From Podarcis liolepis (lineage: Eukaryota), in assembly GCA_965112155.1 (NCBI GenBank), contig OZ218098.1: a DNA stretch of 64,000 nt; one strand, 5' to 3'. The notes under the pieces were generated by a model. The model did no database searches, was not told the DNA's origin, and worked only from the letters and a program-made list of their open reading frames with translations. Shown here one piece after another: positions 38,724-51,300 of this stretch. Within the stretch, counting starts at the first letter, position 1, and each line of letters begins with the position of its first letter. A program made the translations under genes and the position numbers.

Positions 38724-41700
38724 TAAGTCTTATTGAATTCATTGGCGCTTACTTTCAGGTAAGTGGCGTTAGGATTGCAACCAATTGTGTCTGAAGTGAG
38801 GTGAAGTGACATGGAAGTTGCGTCTCTGCTCTTTGATCTGTGGTAATGCATTCACACATGCAAGGCAAGTAAGCCATAAAGTGATAAACATACATCTGCA
38901 CTGATTTGAAACCTTAAAAAAAAAAAAACCTACCCAGGAAGTGGGACATTCTTAATAAAGGCAAAACCTGAAGGTAAGAGACATAATCCTAAAAAAAACT
39001 ACAGAAAAAGTCAAGTAGCAAAGATTCTGAGAGTCCAAGGCACTGGGTGATATCTTCCATTGAAAGCCTTTGTCGCTCTCAGCAGCAGGGAAAACTACTC
39101 ACCTGCCATGAGCTTTACCATTCACAATTTTAGAGAGTGCTCTTGGTGAGCCCAACTAGCTGAAAAGCTCACTTTGTGTAATCTCAGCACCCTGCACAAA
39201 TCTAACTGTACGGGAGTCCATAATCTTCAGAGATGAGGGCTTTCAAGGGAGGACAATACCTGGGCCATTTATTGTATTTGGTATTCTGACTTATTCTGTA
39301 TCTTCTTTAGGATGCTTTTTTTTATTTTGGAGTTGTTTGTAGATTCAGAAACAAACCTTTTAATCACTGGGCACTATATACATCCCCCAAACATATGATG
39401 GATATTTAATTTTGGTGTATAAGAGTAACACGGGGTGTGTGTGGAGGCATTATTTGACATGTTCTGGGGGTAAGCTTAATTTAATACATTAGTTATACGT
39501 AACACAGTAGGTACAATATGCACACTAGTGCCAGCCTTCCAGGCAAATCATGAGCAATCACTAGAACTGTCCTTGGTACTGAACAGCGTTCCAGCCTGAG
39601 CTTGAGCTGTCCAAAAATACTAAAGAAGGATAATGAAGAATTTGACTTATTCTGATCCACTTACTTGATGAAATAATTAGGTACTGGCCTTTCCAAGAAG
39701 ACTTTAGGCCAATCCATTATTCATCACCCCAAACTGAAACTAAGCCTGAAGCTCTATTATACAAAGCCTGAAATGTTGTACAGGCTTTCCTGGGAGTAAG
39801 TCCCATATGTTCCAAGTAAATATGCATACGATTGCACTGCATGCCTGGCTGGATGCAACAGCCATCTGCTTACATTCATCTTTGGTTACTCTGACCCATT
39901 CCTCCCCTTTCTCTATTGGCTTGTTATCCATACTTTTCTCTTTTCTAGTATTGGAAGCTCCTTGAGACAGGGATCTGTCTTTTGCTAATTTTACTCAGCA
40001 AAATGCAACATTGCTCTTTAACCACAATGGTAAGCAAAAGGCAAGAATCGAGTTTATAAATGTAATTATGCAAACTATTCCCCCAACTGCAAGATTGTGT
40101 ACTTTGAGATTCCAATCCCAAATGGCCTGACAACTCTGCACTGCCACAGAATGGTTACAAGATGAGCCTGAGACATGATTCATTCTGCAAAATAAATAAA
40201 GGCAGTGAGTAAACACCAGCAAGAGAATGACCCAAAAAAATTCTTGTCATTTGTAACCTGAGTAGGGTTGGCATCTGGGAGGGTTTTCAGCTACACTTCA
40301 ACGCAAGACAACAGGCAATTTAAAAAATGTTGCACTTAATTAGATTTATAGCCTGGCCAGGCTCAAAAGATAAGTGCTTTTGTTCTCTTTCATCCTAAAA
40401 AAAAAGCCAAAAAATGCACAGAGTAGCTCACAACCATACTTCTGGAAAACAGATAGGAAACATTCCTAAATAAATTTCCTCAAATGAGGCTGAGAAGAAA
40501 TGCAGATTTCCCAAATCCAACACCCTCATCATTTGAGACATATAGAGGTCGGGTAAGAGAGCAAGACAAGGTGGATGTACCCAAGGACTGTCAAAAAACC
40601 TTTTCTCTGGTCACAACATTGACAGAAGACACAGGGCAGCCAAGTCATGCAGCTCTTGAAGTCCCTGTGTTGCTGGGATTTACTGTGTGTGTGTGGTGCA
40701 ATGACCATTAAGGTGTCAGTGCAGTAATTCAGATCTATGCAACATGCCCAAAATGCTTGGGGAAATTATTCCCATTCTAGTGCTACTAGCCTGCTATGAG
40801 GACAGAAGCCTTCAAGTCTCTATTCAGAGTACCCGGGATGAAAACAAAACTGAAAAAGATTAGCATAAATTCACATTACGATGTAGAAAGGACAGAGAGG
40901 GACCTGGAGGAAATTTCAACCTTCTATGCTTTCGTTTCCACTAAACAGCTGCTTGCATTTCCAAGTTTATCTTTGCAGCCCTATTCTTTGAAACAGATGC
41001 AAAGGGGATCAGACTTTTCAAAAGGACTAAAGTTTGGAGAAGTACAGATTTTCAGTCAGTGAGGAAAAGGCTAGCATAGCTCCTTGAACATTTTAAAGGC
41101 CTATGCTTGTCTACATCTCTGCTGCATACCTCAAATCCACATTTTTAGTCAGCTTCATGGGCTAACTTTTTCTGCATTCACTTAGGGGTAATCTCTTGGA
41201 GAGTGGGAATGCTGAGTGTGGGTGGGATCAGAGTCAAAAATAGGCACAGCCATCCTTTCTCTCTCTTTCTGCAACCCCTCTCTACTTCTCTGGGGGAGGA
41301 CAGATCCCTCTTGCCAGAGGTATGACGTGATCACTTACTTGGAGAGCTTTTAAAATTAGGCCAATGGCTGCACATAATTATGTTTGGGGCCATGAGCAGC
41401 CCATCCCACTCAACAGTTAAGACGTAGAGCACAGGCGTTGCATGCTGAACACTCTAGTTTCAACGCCAAGCATTTCAAGTTAAAGGGATCTTCAAGATCT
41501 CAAGATTGTTCACAGCCCTTTGCGCCAAGATTTAGCATTGTATCCAACTAAATCTTACTCAGAGTAGACCCACTGAAATTAATGGGGCAACTAACTTAGG
41601 TTCTACTCTGAGTAGGAGAGGTGCCAGCCAGAGCTGACAGTCCTGAGTTAGACTGGCCAGTGATCTAACTCATTGTAAGACAGATTCATATGCTTGTGTA

Positions 41701-41738
41701 TCAAAGAAAAAATGTTTCCCAGTTTGCTGTTTCGAGAT

Positions 41739-43335
41739 CTGCTGGATCTCTCGGTGGCTTTTGATACCATTGACCAGAACATCCTTCTGGACCATCTAGA
41801 GGGGCTGGGAGCTGGGGGCACTGTTATACAGTGGTTCCACTCCTTCTTCTTTCAGAAAGTAGTGGTGAGGGATGAGTGTTCAGACCCCTGGGCTCTCACT
41901 TGTGGGGTGCCTCAGGGATCTGTCCTCTCCCCCATGCTTTTTAACATCTACATGCAGCCGCTGGGAGGGGTCATCAGGGGGTTTGGGCTGGGTATTCATC
42001 AATATGTGGATGATACCCAGCTCTTGCTAGGATATTTCCGTTCCACCTTAAAAGGGAGCAGGCTTTGTGAGTCACAGAGTCTGCGTATTTCCTGTTCACA
42101 GGATGTTTTCTGTTTTGATAGAGCTGTTGTCTCTCTCTCGGTGCCTGAACACTGAAGCAAGCGGTCATGTTTTTCTTTGTTCTGACCAACGCTGAATAAA
42201 CTTAAATAATGCTCTCCTGCGTGCATCTTTCGCTGTGCATTATCTGCTGATAAGAGCGTGCATCAGCTCTGGAGTGTGGCAAGCTATTTCTGGAGCTCGT
42301 GTCGCTAACTGCTGATACTGCGTGTCTACGGGAGATCGATGGACGTCCGGAGGCGATGTGGGGCCATGATGGACTTTGTCTCCCTGGCAGTATCCCAACA
42401 GCTCTACCTCTCTTTCAAATCAGAACCAGTGAAGGCAGTGAAGGTCCTGTGTGAATGTCTGGAGGTAGTTGGAGGATGGATGGCGGCTAACAGATTGAGG
42501 TTGAATCCTGACAAGACAGAAGTACTGTTTTGGGGGGACAGGAGGCAGGCAGGTGTGGAGGACTCCCTGGTCCTGAATGGGGTAACTGTGCCCCTGAAGG
42601 ACCAGGTATGCAGCCTGGGAGTCATTTTGGACTCACAGCTGTCCATGGAGGCGCAGGTCAATTCTGTGTCCAGGGCAGCTGTTTACCAGCTTCATCTGGT
42701 ACACAGGCTGAGACCCTATCTGCCCGCGGACTGTCTTGTCAGAGTGATGCATGCTCTGGTTATCCCTCGCTTGGACTACTGCAATGCGCTCTATGTGGGG
42801 CTACCTTTGAAGGTGACCTGGAAACTACAACTAATCCAGAATGCGGACGCTAGACTGGTGACTGGGAGCAGCCGCCAAGACCATATAACATCGGTCCTGA
42901 GAGACCTACATTGGTTCCCAGTACATTCCAGAGCACAAGTCAAAGGGTTAGTGCTGACCTTTAAAGCCCTAAACAGACTTGGTCCAGTATACCTGAAAGA
43001 GCGGCTCCACCCCCATCGTTCTGCCCGGACACTGAGGTCCAGCTCCGAGGGCCTTCTGGCGGCTCCCTCACTGCGAGAAGCGAAGTGACAGGGAACCATT
43101 AAGAGGGCCTTCTCGGTAGTGGCACCCGCCCTGTGGAATGCCCTCCCACCGGATGTCAAGGAGAACAACAACTACCAGACTTTTAGAAGACACCTGAAGA
43201 CAGCCCTGTTTAGGGAAGCTTTTAATGTTTGACAGATTACTGTATTTTAATATTTTGTTGGAAGCCGCCCAGAGTGGCTGGGGAAACCCAGCCAGATGGG
43301 CAGGGTATAAATAATAAATTATTATTATTATTATT
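41739..43335 (+). mobile_element. 5'-truncated L2-clade LINE (RT domain to 3' tail), interrupted by a solo LTR
   Basis: RT motifs LLDLSVAFDTID, GVPQGSVLSP, YVDDTQL|YLSF, LRLNPDKTE, LDYCNALY, HIT..L..LHW; 3' (ATT)n tail. Confidence 0.92.
42025..42400 (+). mobile_element. Solo LTR (376 bp) with 5-bp TSD GCTCT
   Basis: TG...CA ends with 8/10 terminal inverted repeat (tgctaggata / tatcccaaca); TSD at 42020-24 and 42401-05; internal AATAAA; removing it restores the L2 reading frame. Confidence 0.88.
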
Positions 43336-45066
43336 CCTGCCAGAGGACTTTCACTCCTAGCTCCCCTGCGGAGATCATGGAGTTGCCACAGAAGTACATA
43401 ACCTGGAGCAAGATTATTTAATACTTCCAATGTGTGTCACCAGTAGTTTCACCAAGGCACCGGTGGAGTCACAGAAGGCTGATGAAAATCTAATGAAGAC
43501 AAAGGTGATTGGAGACAGATTCTCATTAGTTTCTTTATGAGCTGCTACAGACGGGAGAGTGGTGACAGGCAGGGCTAAACGAAGCCAAGGAAATTACATT
43601 CCGTTTGCACAAAAGAAATAATATTGCAAAATGGGATGGCAAGAATAAACAATCATAGGAAGAACAAAGACTTCCTGGAACAAAGGAGCAGCTGAGGAAA
43701 TGAGAAGGACAGCCTTGATCAAAACATACATTAATCAGCAGATTAATCAACTTCTCAACAGGAACAAATCAATGGAGGTAAATCTTAATTGACGGGCTGA
43801 GATGGAAGGCCAGTGCTGGATCATATTGTTAAGGTGTTCTGACTCTGCTATGTTGTTATAACAAGAAATGAAAAGAAAACTGAACAGCATTTCCTTCTAG
43901 CAATACGTGTTCACTTTGGTTAAATTGAATTGTTAACTTAACTCAAGACATATTATTCAATATCCTCCCCCCTAAAAAAGAAAATCCCTGTACTGAGGAC
44001 TGATCTATGGAAGGAATCTTCCACATTTTAAATAGAGAAAAGACCTAACACCAGGGCACCTTATAGACTAATATACCTCCTCCTCCCAATACTTAAAGTT
44101 TTTTTCCATGTCCTGCTGCCAACTAAGGCTTGGTGACTGGGCATGTGTGATACCACTAAACCCTCAGCTGAGCAGAGGTTTCAATCAGCTCTCTGCAAGG
44201 ATTTGCTTTGCCAACATGTTCTCTGCAGGGAACATGCTGGTGAAGCATCACCCAGCAGGATTGAGTGCTCTGCCTCTTACTGGATGTTGAAACCCAGCTG
44301 TAATATAGGTTTATCTTTTTAGAGTCATCCAGGAAAACATTTTACAGTGGCTATAAACTTGTTAGAGGGAGACTCTTTACTCACTTATATTGGCCTGTAG
44401 CTTCATTGACTTTGCAACTGTTAACTCCTGATCTACAGTGAAAGAGGACTGGAAATTGTTGTTTTACTAAAGGAAGATGCTGAGGGTTTCCTTTGCCCTC
44501 CAGCATGACGATCTTCTTGTTCCTCCTCTTTCCTTGTAGCAGTAGACAGCCTGACTTAATGACAGACATCCTCCTTAGCCTGTAGAAGCAAGTCCTTCCC
44601 TGGCTGCTGCCCTAGAGCTGGAACTACTGCAGAGTTTGTGCAAGGCTTTGAGCAGACAGAAGGGGGAATATGTGGGTGGAAGTTCCTCAGCTTCTGACCA
44701 GCTCAAGTGAGGGCAGATGTGCTTCTCTGACATCCTCCCCTCTGCTCAGAGCCTCTTATGTACCTTCTAATTCAAGGGGGTGAGACATCCAGACCAATCG
44801 TGGCCTGAAAGGCAGGGGTGCAATATGACCCATGAGGCCACTTCCCTCAAAACATGCTCACCTAACCCATGTCAAAAAACAAACAAACATTGCACAAGTA
44901 TGTTTGCAAGGAAACTGGATGTGGATCAAATCATGTCCATGTGCTTGGTGCCACCTGAAGTTAGCCACCCATGATTTGGAGGCAATTGAGTATTTTATAG
45001 AACAGGGGTATTCTACTCAATGTGAAGAGCTAGACTAGTTGACCCCTCAGAGGTTTCATATCACTC

Positions 45067-45409
45067 ATGGGACGGGGAAACTTTTTCAGCCCGAGGGCCG
45101 CTTTCCCTTCTGGGCAACCTTCTGAGGGCCACATGCCCACCGGCCAGAGGCAAAGGTGAGAAGAGCAACAAACATAATCCTTACCTTTATACAGTGGGCA
45201 AGTTTCTACACACAATCACACACCCTTCTCTCATCCACTCAGAAGAGCAAGAAACGTAAGAGTTCAAAGGCACATGCCAGCTAGGCAAAAACACAGGTGG
45301 TGTGAAGCAATAGCCAGTGGAGGGTGCAGCCTCTGGAAAGTTCCAAGGGCCAGGTGAAGAGGCATGGAGGGCCACATTAAGCCCCCAACTCTGAAGTTCC
45401 CCACTCCTG
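45067..45409. mobile_element. hAT (Charlie-like) MITE, diverged
   Basis: ggggaaactttttcagcccgagggccgc ... gggccaca...gttccccactcctg. Confidence 0.6.
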
Positions 45410-47230
45410 TTTAGCCCAAGGTGCTATGAGGAACCTGTTTTGAATGTCAAAATTCAACTTTAACACATTGTGAAAATGAAAGAGTTCTCTGAAGCAGGTA
45501 CAATGGAAACTTCTCTCACCATGAGGGAAACCACGCTAACTCACTGCGGGGAATCTATAGCCTTCCAGATTTTGGTGGACCAACATCTGAGACTATTTGC
45601 CATGCTGGCTAGGGATTATGGGAAATGGAATCCAACATCTGGAAGGCCACACGTTCCTGTCACAGACATTGGGTTTTGGGGAGGAGAGCTTCCAGATCTG
45701 GCAGCATGCTTTCATCCTACCACTGGTGCAGAGAACACAAACCTGCTATGTAACAAGCAGCAAAATTGTGGCGGAGAAAGCTGCAATTCCTCAAAAGCCA
45801 CTTCAAGGTAAGTTTTCCTACATGGCTAAGAAAAGCCAAACCTAGCGGAATCCCACATCTTAAATCAGCAACACAGAAGAATTATTGGCCTAATATACTG
45901 AAGGCTAGTCTCTCTGATTAAAGTTTTTTTTTAAAAAAACAACAACTTAGACCTGCATGTGTTCCCAGCTTCTACTGCTTTATAAAGCAACAAATCTAAA
46001 AGGAGATGACCTTCATGCGTTAGTGTACGAAAATCCAACTGAGTTCCAATGGTGGAATTCTTTCTCTCACATACCCTTGCATGCATATACCTCCACTTAT
46101 AATATACTCACATGCAACCTCTTCCACTGGCAGGAATCTGAACAAAAAGCCATTTTCTGAACTAATGTCCCGAATACAAGTTGTCTTTGCAAAAATGGAT
46201 TCTCAATTATACAGGACGGCATGAGATTTCAGACCCAAATGCAATTCCTTTACCCTTTGATAACCAGAAATATTGGTGTGTTTTAATCCAATATGATCAA
46301 CTGACAGTGAAAGCTATAGAAAATAGTTGGCTATAGAACTTGCAGTCTTATTTATGGCAAGTGAGGTGAAATGTAGATTCCATGTGAGGCTCTGTAGGTG
46401 GGAGGCAACAATTGAATGCAGCCTCAAAGGGGGCTTCCCTAAGAAATGCAGAGACTCACTAGAAGCGTGTCCTCTCTTCCACAGCTAAGGACAATTGCAA
46501 TTATTACCACTGTTGTATTTATAATCTATATATATAGCAGATTATCACTTGCTGCTGATGGCAAGTAAGGTATAGTTGAGAAACTGGAAAATAGTTGGTA
46601 GTTTTTTCTTTCAGAAAAACTGAACTGGGGAAAAATGACTTTAAGCAGGAGCGTGGTCTAGTAGCTTTTGAGGGTATTTTTTGGATGCTATATAGCATCA
46701 AATAGGGTGTTAAGCATTGCAATGTATTTCTTAGGAAGACAGTTCTTAAATGTTTTTCGCTTGTATGAAGTACGATCTTATGTTTACTCAAAATAAGCCC
46801 CAGTGTTCAATGGAGTTTACATTATTTACAGTATTAAATAAACAAATAAATAAATAACTGGGGAGTATTGTGTTTGTTATTATGGTATGTATTTTTGTGT
46901 TTTTATATTGTAAACTGCCCTATGATCCTTGGATGAAGGGTGGTATAGAAATTTAATAAATAAATAAAATACACCCAGGCAACTTTGCACTGGATTGAAA
47001 CTCCTAAACAGGGACAAAGGCATTTTACTAACCCAAATCAATTCCATTGTTGGGGTGCCTCGGGGTAGTAAAATGTCCCAAAGCAAAATCAATGTGTGTG
47101 ATTTTAAAAAGGGCACTTAAATCTGCATTCCTAGATCCTTTTTGGTTTGAATAGACCCTTTAATACATTTTTAGTCCATTTTTCCTTTACTGGGATAAAA
47201 CAGCACCCCTAAATGCAAAATGTAATTGCT

Positions 47231-47836
47231 CAACATCAAAAAAACTAAGATCATGACCACTGGTCCCATCACCTCCTGCAAATAGAAGGGGAAGAAATGG
47301 AGGCAGTGAGAGATTTTACTTTCTTGGGCTCCATGATCACTGCAGATGGTGACAGCAGTCACGAAATTAAAAGGCACCTGCTTCTTGGGAGAAAAGTGAT
47401 GACAAACCAAGACAGCATCTTAAAAAGCAGAAACATCACCTTGCCGACAAACGTCCATACAGTTAAAGCGATGGTTTTCCCAGTAGTGATGTATGGAAGT
47501 GAGAGCTGGACCATAAAGAAGGCTGATCACCGAAGAATTGATGCTTTTGAATTATGATGCTGGAGGAGACTCTTGAGAGTCCCATGGACTGCAAGAAGAT
47601 CAAACCTATCCATTCTTAAGGAAATCAGCCCTGAGTGCTCAAGGGAAGGACAGATCCTGATGTTGGGAAAGACTGAGGGCACAAGGAGAAGGGGACGACA
47701 GAGGATGAGATGGTTGGACAGTGTTCTCGAAGCTACCAACATGAGTTTGACCAAACTGCGGGAGGCAGTGGAAGACAGGAGTGCCTGGCGTGCTCTGGTC
47801 CAGGGGGTCACGAAGATTCAGACACGACTAAACAAC
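47231..47836 (+). mobile_element. 5'-truncated BovB (RTE) LINE with 7-bp TSD AATTGCT
   Basis: EAVRDFTFLGSMITADGDSSHEIKR, VVMYGSESWTIKK, RRRGRQRMRWLD, EAVEDRSAWRALV; (CAA)n tail; TSD at 47224-30 and 47837-43. Confidence 0.93.
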
Positions 47837-49949
47837 AATTGCTTTCTTTGGGATATTTAATGCCCTGGGTTCATTTGTTTTCAGAAAGAAAACTGAATAC
47901 TGTTCCTTACTCCAGATATTTGTTTTTATTTGAAATTTTTTTAGCTCCAATTCTCTACATTAGATGGGCACCCCTCTGCAACTTTTGAGTTTAGTTGGGG
48001 GGGGGATTTATGTCCCAGGAGCATTTTGATTACAGAAAGACAAGTGCAAATGGTAAATTTCCAGCGGCTACTAGAATTTGGGGCCATTATTAACTACTGT
48101 GGGTGTGGCAATGTCATGAGATGTAGATGGGGTAACAATATCTCCCACCATCCCTGACTATTAACCATGTTGGCTGGGGATGACATGAGTGGAGTTCAAC
48201 ACCATAAGGAGCACCACAGTTTGCTGGTCAACAATATCGGACCTAAAGGACTATGTGTAACAAGGACTACTGTTGTGTGAATTCTGCACTGGGGTAGGAT
48301 ATTGTCCAACATTTGTCTGAGAAGGTTGGTTTTCTATGGAAAGGTTGAATGTGTCATTACCATTCTCATCAAAGGTATGTTACACTGCAATAAATTTTAA
48401 TTTTTGGCATCTTTCGGTGAAGCAGGAAAATTAGCATGACGCCACTTTGGTGACCGTACCTGATCCTGACCGTGTGTTGTATTATTTAACACTAGTGTGT
48501 GCATTATTATAAAGCCAGTATTACGGCAATGGACAAAGTTTTTTACTTGGACCAGGGAGAACCTAGTTAAGAAACCACTGTTCAGCAATGCAGTTTTCTG
48601 GTGACCTTGGGCTAAGCAGTATTTCTCACTTCCACAGGCTTATTAGCAGGGTGAGAAGAGAAAACTTTGTGCTTGCTACTTGCCCTAATAACCTAGCAAG
48701 AAGTATGGAATACCAGTTGGGGGCCGGAATTAAATATTACACTGTTGTGGATAAATTGCAAGCCACACTGAAGACTTGCCAAAAAGGAGGGCTCTAAAAT
48801 AAATCCTATCCCAACAGAAAATTGTAACGGGGCTTATAGAAGGGAATCCCCTTTCTCCTGTTTAAACATATTTTGTAGAATTTCTTTTTTTGAGTGACTG
48901 TGTCACCTTCTACCTAACAGCTTTTCTGAAATTGTCATCACCGAAGGCTCTTCATTTACATGTGAGCAAAGCATTCCTTGTACAAAGCAATCCATTATTC
49001 ATGTCATATTACACAGCCTATCTTCTACGACACATGCACTTTTCTTGGGAAGGTAAGAAATAAAACTAAAGCACTCCAGATGTCCCTACGGTGTGTGTGC
49101 ACGTGCATGCACACACACACAAGAGACAGATGTATGAAATGACAGCTTTAATCAGAACATAGGGACAACAGTGGTGAAAGTATCTAAAGCCTAACTCTCT
49201 TAATAAAGCAATCTTGTAGCTCCGTTCTTCAAAGGCCAAGTGGAGGCAAGACAGTTTGGTTACAGTCATCACAGCCTGTCAGTCATCCTCTCTTCAATCA
49301 TCCCCATGTCAAAGGTATCTTTGGAGGCTTGCATGTGAGCACCACATTTTTTGCTCTTGCCACCAACCATGTGAAGAAAGAAACGAACATACATTAAGAG
49401 ATAATCACTGGCAGGTCACCCTGAACTAGATCACAAAGCTTTGCAAGCTCTCAACAGTGGTCCCAGCCAGGAGGTGAAAACTTCCAGGAACAAATAAATG
49501 AACTGCAATAACAGAAAGCTTTCCTGGGTTCAGAGTCCTTGAATAGACTGAAGCATCGGATGTGAAACACAAAGCCACCCACTTAGAAACTGAACTGGAG
49601 ATTCATTTGTAAGGAACGCAACTAATTCAGGTCGCAATATTGAGATCTGGTTTTGTGGGGGTCTCCCCTCCCGCCCCCAGCCATTCTTTTAATAGAGATG
49701 CGCCTGCTCTTTTTTAGACTAGGTCTCTCTTACCCTTGATGCATTTCCCTCCCACGCCTAGACTCTTTCTAAGCAGCTCTGCTCCTCCTGAATACACTTT
49801 GGCAGCCCAGCCTCAGTTTTTGCGCCCATTGTTTCCACTGCCATTATTCCGATTTCCCAATCCCATCCCTTTCCATCCAGCAGCTCCCCGTAACCCTAGA
49901 CTTAATGGCCGGCCGAAAAGCATCTTCCTAGGATAAACTGGAGTTTCCC

Positions 49950-51300
49950 GGACAGTTCTCCCTTCTTGAAACCCACGAGGGCTCCACGCCGCAGGAAGGC
50001 ACGCTCAACCAAACAGCCCCGGGGCTACGCACAGGCAACCGAGGCGCAAACTTTGCAAAGATGCCTGGTGACTTTCGTCCCTCTCGTTCTCCGGGATCGG
50101 ACCGCGGATCAAGGCCGCCACGATGCCAGTCTGCAGCACAGCCCCGCTGATCGCATTGAGCGAGCGAGGTTTGCTAGGGATCAAACTAAGGCGCTCCGTT
50201 CGGTGCAGAAAAACAGCATGCCTCGTTGCATTGTGCCAGCACAGAGACACAAAACTGAGCCTCCTGCCGAGAAAACTGCCTGCTGCGTTTGCCATTCTCT
50301 CCCGACAAACCACAGTTCCCGCCCGGGCTTACTTCCCAAACGCTGCCGAGCGCTTTGTGTGCAGCAGCAGCGGCGCCACTTACCTCGCCCGGAGTTTGGT
50401 GCAGCACTAATGACCTGCAAACTCTGCAGCTCGGCTCGGGCTCCTCAGCAGCAGCGCACCACCAGCATGCTCTCGCTCCTTTCTCTCTTTCTGCCCCGGC
50501 GGCCTGAGATGAGAGGCAAAGGAATCAATTCTTCTTGCTGAGCTTCTTTCATGGAGGAGCGGCGGCGCCGCCAGCAGCCTGAGTCACCCCCGCCCTCCCC
50601 TCTCGTTCTCCAGCTGGAAAAAAAGAAGCCGGTGGCTTCTTTCCAAAAGAGATTGAGCCGAGGGATGGAATTTGGGCGGGAGTGCTCCCTTCCCGCAAGG
50701 CGGGAGCTAAGCGAGCGGCGGCAGGATTCACCGAAGCCCGCTGCTCGCCTGACTGCGGGAGCGCCAAGCACCCCTGCAATGCCTGGAGAGGTCGCTCAGC
50801 GCGCGCGCACACACCCCTCTCGCGCCCTCTCCTTCGGGAGACAAATCCACGGGGTCAGAGAGGGAAGGAAAGAGAGCGGGGACGAGCAACGCAAGGAAAC
50901 GCCGGCGCTGGCCGGCCCTCCCGCAGCAAAGAGCCCCACCCCAGCCCCGGTAGAGAAGGGCTTGGCCCAGGCGGAGGCGGCCCCCAGCAAGGGCACGCTG
51001 GGGATGCTTTGGCTGGCGCCGCGCCAAAGCACATGTGCCTCCTCCGAGGCTTAACTGCAGAGCTGCGAAGTGGGCGACGGGGAGGGCCTTTCTTGCCCCT
51101 TCATCAACCGGGGAGTGCTCAGTTCCAAGGTCACTTCTGGAAGGCGGGCGATGAGGGGCAGGTCTCGGGGGCCCGAAGTCCCGGGCTGGGCCTCACGCAG
51201 CAGAATGAGCAGGGCGGCCCCAAAATGCAGCAGCAGCAGGCCCGCCTTACCACTTTCCCGCCTAAAAACTCGCAAAGCCCAGGAGGCCCTCTCCTAAGTC
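49950..51300. promoter_or_regulatory. CpG island, probable SYT12 promoter
   Basis: Abrupt rise in GC and CpG density against a CpG-depleted background; non-repetitive; upstream of the minus-strand gene. Confidence 0.8.
50384..50830 (-). other. Probable non-coding exon 1 (5'UTR) of SYT12; 5' boundary approximate
   Basis: Consensus donor GAG|gtaagt at 50384/50383 inside the CpG island. The TSS is not determinable from sequence. Confidence 0.55.

Noticed and set aside
37758-38726. Long ORFs (up to 283 aa) over the GC-rich array
   Set aside because: They are by-products of a stop-poor tandem repeat, open in several frames on both strands with repetitive translation.
42339-43088. 249-aa ORF as a host gene
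   Set aside because: It is the L2 RT C-terminal region fused by chance to the end of the solo LTR.
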